DNA from: Tubiluchus corallicola
Lineage: Eukaryota > Animalia > Priapulida
Direction: 5' to 3'
Length of the DNA: 64,000 nucleotides
NCBI GenBank assembly: GCA_030141605.1
Contig: JAQGDQ010000224.1
Span: 299,838-363,837, forward strand
Below the pieces are notes generated by a model. It worked only from the letters and a program-made list of their open reading frames with translations. It was not told the DNA's origin and searched no databases. Shown here in pieces: positions 10,481-24,800 of this stretch; position 1 is the stretch's first letter, and each line of letters starts with the position of its first letter. The position numbers and the translations under genes are program-made.

Positions 10481-11734
10481 ACTTGTTCACCATTTAAAAA
10501 TTGAAAAATCTTTATAATAATGATTACTAAATTATCGTAATGATAATAATCATATCGTTAACCATTTTTAATCATTACTAGGTCAATTAAGACCTAGCAA
10601 AATGTAATTAAAATTCACAGATGGACACGTTTAAATAGTAGCCGAGCATAGTCGATATTGCCAATTTACCATTCTCATCTTCATCATCATCATCTTTTTC
10701 TTGTTCATCATCATCATAATTTTCACAATCATCATCATTATTCTCGAGAAATTTTTTTTAAAAAAATATCAAAGGTTTTGTCTCCTTGCATTACATTTTA
10801 ATGATGATCTTTTCTTTTATGTTGATTTAAGCATCTGAACATTTTGTTGACAGACTTTGATGCACGGATGTGCAGATACAAACATAGTTTTTATACTGAC
10901 TCTATGGTAATTGTAAGCATCTAGAAAAAAGATGATGCAGCCTGGAATACTTTGTTTTTTTCTAGAAACAGTCGAACCCGATCGCTTTCTGAACAGTGAA
11001 TATACAGTTTTCGTTTGTAGAATAACGTATGAATAAGGTATGAAAACATTTTTTTATTTATTTTTGTTTTCTTTGTTTATTTTTTATCTTCCGTTTTCTT
11101 TCTTTAATCTCTTCCATCCCTTTTACTGGTGACTTCTGTGATGTTCCTTTGCTTTTTGTGTTAGTATTCCATGTAAATAAATTCGAATTAAACCAACTAA
11201 AGTTACGTTGCTCGATGGTTTGATGTAAAGGTGATACTTATTGCCGAAGACTGCAATTCAAGGCAGTAATTTTGAGTTCAAGAAATGGGAATATTAATTT
11301 TGCTCTTATTTGCCTAAGTATTTTACCCTTTTTTCCAAGTTATAATAATAGTATTAGTTTGTATTTTAATGAATAAGACATTCTTGAACGACAGTATTAT
11401 TTGCTTTATTTTGGTAGGGAGATTTTAGACAGACATTTTATTTATCTTCTCATTTACACCAGAACACAAATAGACTATTATTGCTATAGTTATTAATTAA
11501 ACAGGATGAATGATGTATGAAGGAAAGAGTTTGTGGGGTGCAGGAGAAAGGGTAGCGAAAGACCAATTGGTCATCAAGTCAGCTACCCAAGTAAACATTT
11601 AAATAAAATGTTTACGTGTCTGATTATTTCATCTCAGTATCTGACTAGGCTTGTTCTGATATCGATCGTAGATTGGATTATTTTACAGTTTCGTTCATCT
11701 TCAATTGTTTCAATACAAAATGTCGTGATATATT

Positions 11735-12190
11735 GTGCACATTGAGAAAGTCGCTAACCAAAGGATTGGTCTAATCAAAAGTGCCACAGTATGCTGCAAA
11801 GCCAAAGTCTTCATTCTTTTGTACAAATCACTAGTTAGGCCTGTCTTAGAGTGCGCGGCTTCTGTTTGGTCTTCTCAGTTTTCTACTATCATCTATGCTT
11901 ACGGTTTTCCCAAGGATTTCGACTGGGACAGTGTTTCTACTTTAGAACAGCAAAGGGCAACAATTGACTTAGTTAATGCATATGAAGTAATAAATGAGAA
12001 CTGGCACATCAATCCAAATTCTTTTTTCTATCGCCCATACAGACAACTTGAAGGTCATGGTCATAAACTCTTTGTTCCATCTGTCATGTAAAATATTCAT
12101 TAACATTTCTTTATTAACAGAGTCGTTCTTCGTTGGAACAAACTGTATGACAATGTTGAAAGATCAGATTCCATAAACAAATTTAAATCA
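11735..12190 (+). mobile_element. Degenerate CR1-like LINE 3' fragment
   Basis: HIEKVANQRIGLIK..LYKSLVRPVLECAASVWS..TLEQQR..DLV..GHGHKL, which is the RT C-terminal region. Confidence 0.75.
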
Positions 12191-12267
12191 GCGGAGGTGT
12201 GCACCCTGTGCCATAATACTAGCTCACCTAATCTGTTTGAAGGTAAGTGTAACACTCTACTATAAGA

Positions 12268-12718
12268 CAGTCAACCTCGGGTTTAAGGTACTCGCTTATA
12301 AGGGACCACCAACTCCGGTCCCGATTTTTTGTAACGTTTTTTCTATGTAAAAGTCTTCGTATATAAGCTACTCGGATATAAGGGACAATATCTTCAGGTC
12401 AGGCGTAATAGAAACCCAGGTAAATCACCTCGCATATAAGGGACCCTATGATCAAAGCGAAATTGATCGATTTTTAACCTCAATTTTTCGCAAACTCGGC
12501 CTTTAAAAAGCTCGGTTTCTGCGGTCACATAATCTCGCATCACTGAAGTAGCTTCCTACATACCGTTTGCACTGAATGTGTAGTAACAATCCATAAAAAT
12601 ATGGGTAAAAGTACAGAAATGTACAGGTCTAGATACACCCTCGGGCTATAAGGGACATCGGATATAAGGGATGGTTTTTTCCGGTCCCGAGGCTATCCCT
12701 TATATCCGGGGTTGACTG
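12268..12718. mobile_element. pogo/Tigger-like MITE
   Basis: Inverted termini cagtcaacctcgg...ccggggttgactg followed by TA, with internal repeated tataaggga motifs. Confidence 0.75.
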
Positions 12719-12766
12719 TACATGACATTGTAATTGCTGTTTAACGTTTAGGCTTCAAGGAACATC

Positions 12767-12856
12767 ATGAAGATTGCTGTAGAAGGATGTTGCCATGGAG
12801 AATTAGACAAAATTTACGAGACGGTGAAATACATAGAACAGCAAGATCAAATAAAG
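12767..12856 (+). CDS. DBR1: DBR1 coding exon 1
   Basis: [30 protein letters not shown], donor gtgaaa. Confidence 0.95.
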
Positions 12857-15800
12857 GTGAAATGATTTTGTGACTTAAACTTTATTTATTTCATGTTTTG
12901 GTGGTTATACTTTTTGAATAGTTCTTTACTTTAGTTGTTTTTGATTTGACTTTATTTAAGCTGGAACAATGTTAAAATGCATGAAAGTCCCACATAGAAT
13001 CGGGCCCCACTGGGACGAACGGGGGGTGAAAAACTTCCAAAAATTGCCATTTTTCAGCCGTTTTTGCAAAACGTTACCTCTTATTTCTGAAGAACGGGGG
13101 TGGTGCTGGGTATGGATAGATAGCCCGTTCAGCGGTGGGTGTAGTATGCATATTTAGAATATGCGAGAGGACCACGGCGTCCCGCAACGGGCATTTTCCC
13201 CGGACCCAACTCGCGATTTTTTCGAAATTTTGACCAAACAGCCTGCAGAAAAAACGTTCTAACGGCGCCTGGTGGGACTTTCGTAAGGAGATATATAGGT
13301 CTTTAGAAAGAGCAAGAACAGGGCTACACGATGGTGTGGGCTGCATTTTAGGACACGTCCACCAAAAGGAGTACCGACGAGTTAATTAGATGTTCTATTT
13401 TTGGCAATTTTCGCTTAGAAAACTGCTGATGCAATGCCATTGTTCTGACGTCATCCATTGTACTCTGTCTATAACCTTATCACTTTAATTCAGTAAAAGC
13501 TGCTGCTGCTGGCTTTGCATTAGATAAACAAACGGACACTAGGTAGAATGTTTGCGCAATTTTGATTATAAGTGTATTTATACGCAATTTTTTTGCAGGG
13601 CCTTTGCTATCAATTAATTAATTTATAATACGTTTACATATATCACTTGCTGACAGTAAACTTGATACCTGCGCCTGAAATCAAATAGGCCTCTCATTTT
13701 TGGGCTTTATGTAGAGTTACGCCTGTATAATTTATAACGTTGTAACATGTTATTTCTCTTTCTCTCATTCACTAACTCTTTCAATCAGCAAGCTATTGAT
13801 AGACATTTTTCCAAATTTATATAACAGTCGTTAGAATAATGTAGATATCTGTTTTCAGAAAAAAAGGCCAAAGACGTAATGACAAGTGAATCTCCAAAAT
13901 ATATGCAGAGCATTTCTTACAGTGGCCACTAATTCATTTACAGATCAGACTCATTGACACTTATTTACCTATAGACAAGCGCATACAGTGACCACTGAGC
14001 TATTCGTCTTCTCTAACGTGTTACAAATCTGTTTCTTATCTTACTAACTTTCCATAGTGCTAAATGTAGCAAAAAGTGCTATTCAGGCTATGTTTATATA
14101 TGATCAATTGCAATGCTTTGACCCTATAATAAACTACTGTACAGTGCCGTAAGACTTACCTGTCTTTGTCATAAAATAAATGTTCATTTCTCATTCTGGC
14201 TAACTCTTATCTTTGATAAACATTACGATGAAAAACATGCCATAAACACATTGACCCTTGCACCTTGCTATGGTATAGAATAGTTATTTCGTCAACATGT
14301 TATCACAGATAGCTTAGGGTGAATACACGTCTTCAAGAATTTGATCTGTTACCAAGCAGAACACATTTTCTAACATATAGTTGAATAAGCAAATAATATT
14401 ACTCTTAGCAAAACAGTGTCATCATGTATAATCGTGACCAAAGACTACAAGACAGAACTCGCGGTGAAACAGAGCTTACAAAAGCCATTGCAGCTGGTGA
14501 TTATAATAAAGCAATGAAGGAAATTAGCGCTCACAGAAATGAGGAATACTTGAACGAAGGACCAGACCACTACTCCCCACTTTACATGATTCTTGGAAGT
14601 GGTCGTGAAAAGATAATTCATCTTCCTTTGGCAAAGAGTTTAGTTGAACATGGAGCAAACTTAAACCTGCAACTTGACATGATATCTGGTGATACTCCAT
14701 TCAACGCGCTGCTTTTCTTATATCTAAGATGGGAATTGTACCATGTTCGTTATTCAGTTCCCATTATTGGATTAGACTGGCAACAAATTCATCAAGAAGA
14801 AATATATAAAGAACAAATAGAAACGCTCATTCGGCTCTTCATCAGCTATGGGGCCGATGTTAATGCAACTTATAGAGGTGCCCCTATTATTCACGCTCTT
14901 GTATATGAAATTCCATGTGAGACAAAGCTGTTGCGGTTACTATGTGAAGCGGGTGCAGACGTCAATGTAAAAGGCCATGTTTATTTACTTTTACCGTGTT
15001 TACCTCTTGTTGTAAGCTATTGTGTTCCTCTGCATTTAAGCATGTGTCACGCAGATTTTACAACAGCAAGAGAATTGATCCACTATGGTGCAAAGACAGG
15101 AATTAGAGCAACTTTAGAATTATCAATTTAGCGGGAGAAGGATGGAATTTTCTCCTCTCATGTTCTTCCTCATCAGGCAAGGACTTCTCTCATATTATGA
15201 TCAAAATCAGAAATACAAAGAGAAATATAATCACTTATCTTCACTAGTAGACAATGGTTTCTTTGACGATTCAAGCATTGAAAATGAACTTAAGGAACAA
15301 TTAAAGTACTTTCCAGAGTTTAGAATCTGTGCGGATATCCAAAATCTAGTTGGAAAACTGTATGGTTGTGCTACTAGTGACTTGAAGCAACTGTGTGTTA
15401 GAGAACTGGCAAAGAAAATTAGCTTTGATGATACATCTGCCTCTAAACTACAGCAACTAGTTGTAGACTTACATTTGCCTACTATTCTTTTAGATAGGCT
15501 TTATTTGGAAGCTTTCAAGTATCAAATGCCCTCTAATCTTGTTAAAAAGTTGTAAAAATGTTTGATATAGCAATTTCAAAAAAAGACGTTCATAAACGAA
15601 TTTGTCTCGACAATGAGTAAAATTCTCAAAACTCATGAACCATGTATAGTAATTTCTGTAGGATTCGTGAATGATTTAATTTGCCGCAGGTAGAATTTTG
15701 CGTAGATTGTAAGTTGTGGAGAGTGTGAATTTAAAAAATAAAATGGGTTGTGTATCCATTGCGTAGTACATAATTATGACAACAAATATTATTTAATTTT

Positions 15801-18800
15801 ATATAATTATATAGCACAACTCTTGCGTAATATTAGAATGGCGAGCATAACCATTAGCCTGTGTTTATTCCAGAATACCATTTTCTAGTATGTCAGTTAA
15901 CACATTGTTACCAGATATAACATATATCTTCACTATACCAGACGATTTTGTAGAATAATATATACACTGTACCTGGATTTTTATAATAAGTTGCATGGAT
16001 GCTGAAATAAAAAATTATTTTATGCACTACTACATGGATTCAGATTATAAACTACTTATTTGGTAATTTATGCTTTAATTGTACAGTAAAATAATAATGA
16101 AAAAACTCTGCTGATAATGTTCGTGTGGAGACATAAATTACATACTTTTACTTTGTTACAATAACTGTAGTCATGGTATGGCCTGCATGTTGAGTCAAAT
16201 ATATCTGAATAAGCACTGATTTTATTTTTTTTTGTGATAATAAATCTTTATTCATAAAATAAATAACATATGTACAAAAGAGTGCTTCTTTTCGTTTACC
16301 ATTGCATCATAAACTATATCGTCAAACAAGGAAAGTTGTTTTACCTAACCATGCAATAACACCATACAGTGTAATCGGCAAAATGGCAGTTTTATAAAAA
16401 AAAATTTGCAGTCGCAGTAATCATCATATCTCTGCATTTACTAAAGAAATTTTATTTTAATTTCAGCCATCTGCTCAAACTTTTTATGTACATTAACAAG
16501 AACTGAAAACAAAAAATAATAAAGTTGGATACCAAAATCTAAACAAAACAATACAATTATTCAGTAATTAGGATTATTATATGTAGTAGTTTCGAATGGG
16601 GTCTTATTAACAGGGAATTTGACCAAGGTTAGTGAGTAAAGTTAAAAACTGAGAGTATGGAAAGAAAAAAATAAGCATCAAAAAAGTGTAATATAGAAAA
16701 ATTTATGAGAAAAAGTAAGTATGAGAAAGAGCAACAGTTACTTAAGAGATGAGGAGAAAAAAGAAAAGAAAGAAAAACTTGCTAGCTTGTTTAATAGTCT
16801 TACAAATTATGTTCTACAGGTATGTTCATTTAGTAAGATTTTTGTGTATTTTTTGTAAGCATTTTTGAATCTGAATTCAAATTCAGTTTTAAGGCTTTTT
16901 TGGTGACTTTTGAATCATGAACAAAAGGCATTCACGATATGATGGTGCACATACTTTCACTTTGTTCCATAGTAAAACACTAACAATTTGTTTAAAAATT
17001 GTGCACAGACAGAAATGGCAGGTAAATTGTGCTAATTGCATGCTGATTCTAACATTTTAATGATAAAAAATGCATGTAGTTGAAGTACTGAATTACTAAA
17101 ATCCATAATTCTAGGTTCTTCGAACTAAAAAAACTCATTCGAACAGTTGACACTAATTTGAATGGTGCTCACCCTTGATAGTGGCCATTGGTGTGTCACT
17201 ATTATTGATCGTTCTTTTAATACACTGAATTCAGCGTCCATTACTACCGCTGGCATCCTTCTGTCTCGGAAGACAAATGGAATGTGCGCCAAGAGAGTCC
17301 GATCCTTGAACGTCTCCAGGGCGCATGCCTGGGCAAGGTGTATGGAGATTCTGAGTTGCCCAGACAACATGAACCCCCTCTCTTCCTCCCTGGTGTAGTC
17401 CAAAGGAACATGGAGCGATACGTTTGGCACCAGGTTGGCTGCAGGAGCTGCCGGAGTCAGTGAGCATGCTGCGCTGGTCCACCTTCGGGGCTCCACTCCT
17501 GATTTGGAAGGTTTACTCCTCTACACATGGCCATTGGGTCACTTGACCTCTTCCACCCTCTAGCCGTTGACTGTTTGTACAGCTCCTCCGCCTAGTGTCG
17601 AGATACAGTGTAGGCATCCCGCATGCCTACAGCACCTGGTATTCCTAGGCGGTCCCCCATCCAAGCAGTAACCAGGCTCTACGTTGCTTAACTTCGGTGA
17701 TCAGACGACAACCGGTGTTTTCAACGTGATTTGGCCGTAGTTATATAATACATACTAGTCTTTTATAGTCATTAATGTTTTAAATAATATGAATGCCCTT
17801 AAAAATGCTTCAGAATTTGTTAAGTCTATTTGATGCCGACAGGTGTCAGTATGAGTCGAGGGCGTTTGCCATGATTTTGTGAATCAATAAAGTGTCATTG
17901 TCTGTTCAATAAGCTTTTTCTATGCTGTGTCCTTAGCAGTTTCCATGGTAACAGAGAGTAGTTTCCCGCGATCTTAAAAATTTACCAGTTATCAATTATT
18001 TCAGGCGGCACTTATGTTGTCGGCCAAACTACTCTCTGTTACCATGGAAACTGCTAAGAACACAAAGCTTATTGAGGAGACAATGATAACACTTTGATAC
18101 ATAAACTCATAAAATCATGAGTTTTCATTATAATGTTAGATTGACTTGTTGTTGTGCTGCGGTGACTTCCAAGCTGTGAGAAATCGTTCAGATTTGACAA
18201 GTTTAGCTGCTCCTGCAAAGTACCAACTATTAAACACGTTTTACAAGTAAGTAGTATTCTGTTTAATATTTCACTATGTACAGTATGTGAACGGCAGCCG
18301 TGATTTGAAAATTCATCTTATAAGTACACTTTATTTTTTCAAAAGTTTTAAGCAGGGGTGTGCAAATTATCTGACTAGCCGGGCCACATTAAACTCTTCC
18401 GCAATTCCTGTGGGCCAGAGGCAGTTTGGTCAAGGAGCCAAGTACAGAACGGCCTAATAACGATTTTTTTGCATCCAACCTGCGTACATCATTACTACTA
18501 CACTCAAGAAACTATTTTAGAAGTTATTAAAATTTATATTACAAACCATATATTTCTACTTTCAGGACAGATAGTGGTAATTTCATTACAATGCATATTA
18601 GTAATGTGTATCACACAGTCTGTGTAGCTGTGACATTAAGCTACAACCGTCTTGTAAGTGTTAATGGCATCCGATCTAGTAGAAAAAACTACCCGCTCTA
18701 TCTTTGGGATCGTGGCACGGACTTCACCTGGATACACTCAATTAATCGCCCGGGCCGCACTTTCATTAGGTTGACAAATCTCTTCGCGGGCCGCACAAAT

Positions 18801-21800
18801 TCCCTTGGCGGGCCGCAAGTGGCCCGTGGGCAGCTGTTAAACTTTCAAAGCTACTCGCGGCTCAGCGAATCCATTAAGACTGGCACAGGTGCCTTTTTGT
18901 CACATTTTTGTGGCCGAGAAATAGGCGTAGTACCGTGATAAGCATAATCATGGACTACACTGTTCATCTGTGACATCAGTGTGAAGTAGTACTCATTTTC
19001 GTGACATCACGTCAGCGTGTTATAGAAACCTTTGCTTACGCAGACATGCAGGGAAGATATCTACCATTTTACAAACTGTGGTTAGTTTGTGATGTAAGCA
19101 ATAGCTGTGTTCGGTTGCCATTAATTACTTTCCTAGGTAATTATGCAAATATTAGTAACAATTGCCAACTTTTATAGGCAAGATAATGTATATTTTGGAC
19201 AGTAAACTAAAATGAGATTGAGTCTAAACAATCGTTCAGTTTTCCTTTAAGATTTGGACAATTTTCTCAAGAGGCTTTGCATTTGTGAAGCAAAGAGTCT
19301 CATCTTTTCTTTGTGATTTTAATTATTATTTTGATGGGCCTTTTCAACTTTTTGAAATTCATTAATTAACTTACTTAACAGGTTATCCTGCTTGCACGTG
19401 TTTAATAATCAAAATGAAACATTTACAGGTATTACTCAGGTGAGAAGACCGCACCTGTACTGACAATATTTGTAGGAGGAAATCACGAGGCATCGAATTA
19501 CTTAGCGGAACTACCTTATGGAGGTTGGGTCGCCCCGAACATCTACTACATGGGTACAAATATCTAAAAATATTTGAATTTTTAAATAAATACGTGGCCA
19601 AACTGGCCATATATATTAATTTTGTGCCACATGTTATTTAGTACCAAATATATTATGTTTCTTACAAAGAGTTAATATTTTTATTCTAGTCGACACCTCA
19701 AAACTAAGTGTATGGTTAGACATGCTTTCATGGAATAATTGTATTTTGCACTGCACATATCTAGTAGCTACAGTTTGTTTTTATTAGCTAAATTATAGAG
19801 CGCAGCCTGATAAACTTTAGTTTCTAAACTCAGTAATGTCAACCAGCTTTTATGCTAAACTTAAATTTTGTAAAAAATTGTTTAGTTATTAATTTCTTAA
19901 GCCGATACTAAGATAGTTATAATAATAGTAGTACTATTATTACTTAATAGTACTACTATTACTTAATAGTACTATTATTACTTAATAGTACTATTATTAC
20001 TTAATAGTACTATTATTACTTAATAGTACTATTATTATTATTATCTTTATTTAAAGTTGGCTTTTTGGATGAACAATTAACACGTGGAAGTTGGAATTGT
20101 ACATTGTAGTTAGGTGCTGCCATCTATGTGCTAATCTTGTTACATTCTACCAGCTGATTTACCTTCAGTATAATTGTATGGTCCAGTGAGTACATACACA
20201 CTGGTCCTCTCCCTATCTAACATTAATGGTTGTTGTGAAGCCTGTGCAACTCTGCATATGTCAAGTTTATTGTACATTGTAGTTAGGTGCTGCCATCTAT
20301 GTGCTAATCTTGTTACATTCTACCAGCTGACTTACCTTCAGTATAATTGTATGGTCCAGTGAGTACATACACGCTGGTCCTCTCCCTATTTAAAATTAAT
20401 GGTTCTTGTGAAGCCTGTGCAACTCTGCATAGTTCAAGTTCTACACCTGAATACCTGGCTGTGAAACAGGTTTTACTGACTGTTTTTGCTTTCTAGTTTT
20501 TGCTCAATGTTCAGTGCAGCAGTTTTCTATAGTTTAATAAACACTTTTCTGTTGTGTGCAGTGCAAATATTATTATAGATTTTAGGTTCCTATCCATACT
20601 TCTCTGTGTCTAAACTCAATCATAACAAAGTGACTGAACAACAATTTCAAAAATGACTTTCACAACACAAGCTCCAAAGAGGTTTTGTCCCGACTGTAAA
20701 TAACAATCTACAACTACATAACAGTAGGGGTGAACATCGAATGTTCGAATTCGATTCGAACGAGTTTTTTTATTCGAATTCGTTTCGAACCTAAAATTAT
20801 AGATTCGAAAAATTCAGCACTATACGCACATGCGTTTTTTATCATTAAAATGTTTGAAGCAGCGTGCAATTAGCGCAGTTTAGCTGCAGTTTCTGTGCAA
20901 AATTTTTAACAGACTAATAATGGCTTTACTGCTGAACAAAGTCAAGCAATATGCACGATCTTTGTAAGAGTTAGTTTTTATTAATGGTTCGAAAACTTGT
21001 TCCCAAACCTTTCAGACGTAATTCGAATTCGATTTGCATTCGAAATACCAAAATTCGGTTCAATTCGAATTCGAAAGTCACAAATTCGATGCGAATTCGC
21101 TTTTTGGTCACCCCTACATAACAGAGACTATTATTACCCCACTTTTGCCCTAAATACCACGTGCCAGGCAGGGCAATAGGTGGTATCCTTTAAAATGTTA
21201 AATTTTCTGGTATTACCCAGCTGCTGTATCGAACTCACGACCTCTCAGATGGAAAATGGACTACTATAAACCGTCTGGCATAACTGTTCAATTATTCATT
21301 GTTCAATGTTCATATTCGGATATTCATTCTGTTGCCTTTGTTTTGTTTAAGACACTGGTTATCAAATTCGTTTCATTTCCTAGTAATGAATTTTTTTCAA
21401 AATTGTCTAGCTATGTGTGAAGAATATGAAAGAATATATAAGCATATTTTTATGCTATCTTCTTGCAACAATATCTTTCTAAATCACATATTTTTTCATA
21501 ATTTCGCGTAATAAGCCCTTTTGCAGTTTCGATATGCGCATGCGCCGTTGCTGTAGGTCAAAGGTCAAGTGTACCGTAGCAATGCGTCTAACTACAACTG
21601 TCACGTGACGTGTGTAAAGCAAAGCTGTCTACCGCATCAGTTCAGTAACTTTATTTGTTTTACTTGGGCTTTACTTAATTATACATTAGTGTGTGCATAG
21701 GATGATTTACTAGTATGTTCTTGCTTGGGAACAAGAAATAATGAAGGTTTTAGCTAGCTGTTAAAACTGTTGCCATTACAATAGCATGGGCTGCGAAGCG

Positions 21801-24800
21801 TTGTCAAGTGTACGCAAATGCGTTGTCTGGCACACTTAATCTTTGACCTTTTCACGATCATCATCAATCGCTGGAACTGCGAAAAGGCTTATTTAGTAAG
21901 TGTTAATTGTTTTGTTTAGGATATGCGGGAGTAATTAACTATGGTGGACTTCGCATAGCCGGCTTGTCGGGTATTTATAAAGGTCCAGATTACTTGAAAG
22001 GTCATTTTGAGAAACCTCCATATTCGGAAGACACAAAAAGAAGTGTGTATCATATCCGTAACCTTGAAGTGTTTCGACTCAAACAGGTAAAACTCAAACA
22101 GTATAACATAAAAGCCACTTCTCTACAAAGTGACTTAAAATAAAAGCCTTAAAGGAAGGAACAAGTTATTCAGTATGTTGGGTTTATTTTACTGTTATCA
22201 CTTAAACTGTTTGTGGTGTGCTAAAGGAAAGAACAAGTCATTCAGTATGTTGGGTTTATTTTACTGTTATCACTTAAACTGTTTGTGGTGTGCTAAAGGA
22301 AAGGACAAGTCACTCAGTATGTTGGGTTTATTTTACTGTTATCACTTAAACTGTTTGTGGTGTGCTAAAGGAAAGAACAAGTCATTCAGTATGTTGGGTT
22401 AGTCTACTGTTATCACTTAAACTGTTTGTGGTGTGCTAAAGGAAAGAACAAGTCACTCAGTATGTTGGGTTTATTTTACTGTTATCACTTAAACTGTTTG
22501 TGGTGTGCTAAAGGAAAGAACAAGTCACTCAGCATGTTGGGTTTATTTTACTGTTATCACTTAAACTGTTTCTGGTGTGCTAAAGGAAGGAACAAGTCAT
22601 TCTGTATGGTGGGTTTATTTTACTGTTATCACTTAAACTGTTTATGGTGTGCTAAAGGAAAGAACAAGTCACTCAGCATGTTGGGTTTATTTTACTGTTA
22701 TCACTTAAACTGTTTCTGGTGTGCTAAAGGAAGGAACAAGTCATTCTGTATGGTGGGTTTATTTTACTGTTATCACTTAAACTGTTTGTGGTGTGCTAAA
22801 GGAAAGGACAAGTCACTCAGCATGTTGGGTTTATTTTACTGTTATCACTTAAACTGTTTGTGGTGTGCTAAAGGAAAGGACAAGTCATTCAGTATGTTGG
22901 GTTTATTTTACTGTTTTCACTTAAACTGTTTGTGGTGTGCTAAAGGAAAGGACAAGTCATTCAGTATGTTGGGTTTATTTTGCTGTTATCACTCAAACTT
23001 AGAAAAATAGAACGAAGAAATTTGTAAAAAACCATGTATAGAACCATGTATATTCTACCTCTGAATAGAAATTTTTAAGCCTCGTGGTTGCCGCCATTCA
23101 CTTGAAAATCATGACATAACTGGGAGACTTCGTGAGTTTTCCCGAGCGCATCCTGGCTTTCCGTAAATGCGCCCTGCTTAAACTAATTCAAACTTCTACA
23201 GCCTACCTAATGTTCATGCAAAAATATTACAAAATTATCTATCTATTTTTAGTAAAAACTTATTATACTTTTGACAAAGATTGACAGTGCACTACTTTTC
23301 TTCAAGACGAATGACGTCACTGGAAGAAGAATGGGTATTGAAAATGGGAGCGTCCAAGCATGAAATGATCGAGACTTTAAAGTGATTTTACTAATTACAC
23401 GAGACGCTTATTGCAGTTTTATTACTAAATCCTTCTAAAATTTTTTGTGAACATTGAAATAAGCCTTACCTCCTAGAATGCTTGACTTCTCCTTTAAAAG
23501 TTTCCAAGTTGCGAAGTATAATATTAGTTTTTGGCATTCTTTGCATTTTGCTCACTGCTTATGGATATTTTCTCGCTTTAGTTAAAAAAATAAAACGTCT
23601 TTAAATCTTCATATTTTTGATGAAAATTGTGCAATTAGTAAGTTAATGATATCCAGAATTAAGATCTCTGTTGGCTTGTTGTATCGTATATAATTAGTGC
23701 CACCTGCTGGAAAATAGTTATAAGTTTATTTATTTCCACTCTGCATCTAACAGTTATAATAAAAATACAGATAATTTCACTGAAGTAAATATAAATATAA
23801 ATGCAATATAATCCAGAAATTACAAAAGAATTACAGAATAATTTTGATGCATACAGTTTGAGCCTAAAAGCATAGCTTGACAGGCCAAACTGTACGTGGA
23901 AATCTTAAATAAGTGATTAATAATTGAAATAATGATAATATATACATAAAAAGTTGGGGGGGGGAGTAGTGAATGAAAAATGAAATGGAGCGAGAACTAA
24001 GAAAAACTGTGTCTCCTCTATTCCTCTCACAATAAGCGGCTCTTGGCATTTTATACTGTGTAGATATTTTCAAGGTCGCCAGCAGGCGGAAGCACTGAAG
24101 CACGTACAGCCAGAGAATTTCTTAAATTATAAATTTTTTTTGTAGGTAAATAAAAAATTTTTAGCAATAAACCAAGAAACGCATCAATCCTTGTTTCTCT
24201 GGGCAATGATGAGTTTTAAACTAGTGAACTTGCCTTAAGAAACAGCTTCTAGCAACCGCATAATGGTCTAAAATGCAGTAAAATACACGTGTGGCCGAGA
24301 CGTTCTGTCGTTTAGCTGTGTCTGGTGGGAAAAATTAGCACGCATGCAACTTTTGTATGGACAGTGGTCAGTGGGTGGACTGTAAACTGAACAGTCTCAA
24401 ATCAGTTTTACGTTTGACTGTCCACATTTTGCTGGATAGATAATCTTGACACTAAATAAATTAAGCTTAACTAATGGGTCATCCGCATTGCAGTATATTA
24501 CGAACTTGCTTTTAACATATATGAATACTACAATAGAATACAATGAATATTACCTGGGTAAATGTAGGTAAAATGTATTTATTAAAGCAGAATTTTTCAT
24601 GTTTAAGGAAGTCTGTGTACCAGAATTTAGATCTCATTTGAGGCCTCCAAATTGTGCTTAAATACAGGAAAATTCCTTGTTGGCCGGGGTTCCTCCCTGG
24701 TGCCCGCTGGGGGAGTTTACAGACCCCCCAGACCTCCTAGCTGCTTGTGTGTCAGGTTTTTTAAACTCTGCCGGCGCCCTTGGATATTTTATTTTGTATG

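Noticed and set aside
17125-17496. ORFs [17 protein letters not shown].. recurring at 17.1, 48.5 and 52.9 kb
   Set aside because: They come from the GC-rich SINE body, and frames and lengths are not conserved between copies.
17623-17742. Functional 5S rRNA gene (also 48855-48973 and 53433-53551)
   Set aside because: The copies are mutually diverged, lack the oligo-T terminator, are fused to a common body, and one has a TSD. They are better explained as SINE heads.
22175-23010. Cys-rich repeat ORFs ([18 protein letters not shown]...)
   Set aside because: Translation of the 72-bp intronic minisatellite.
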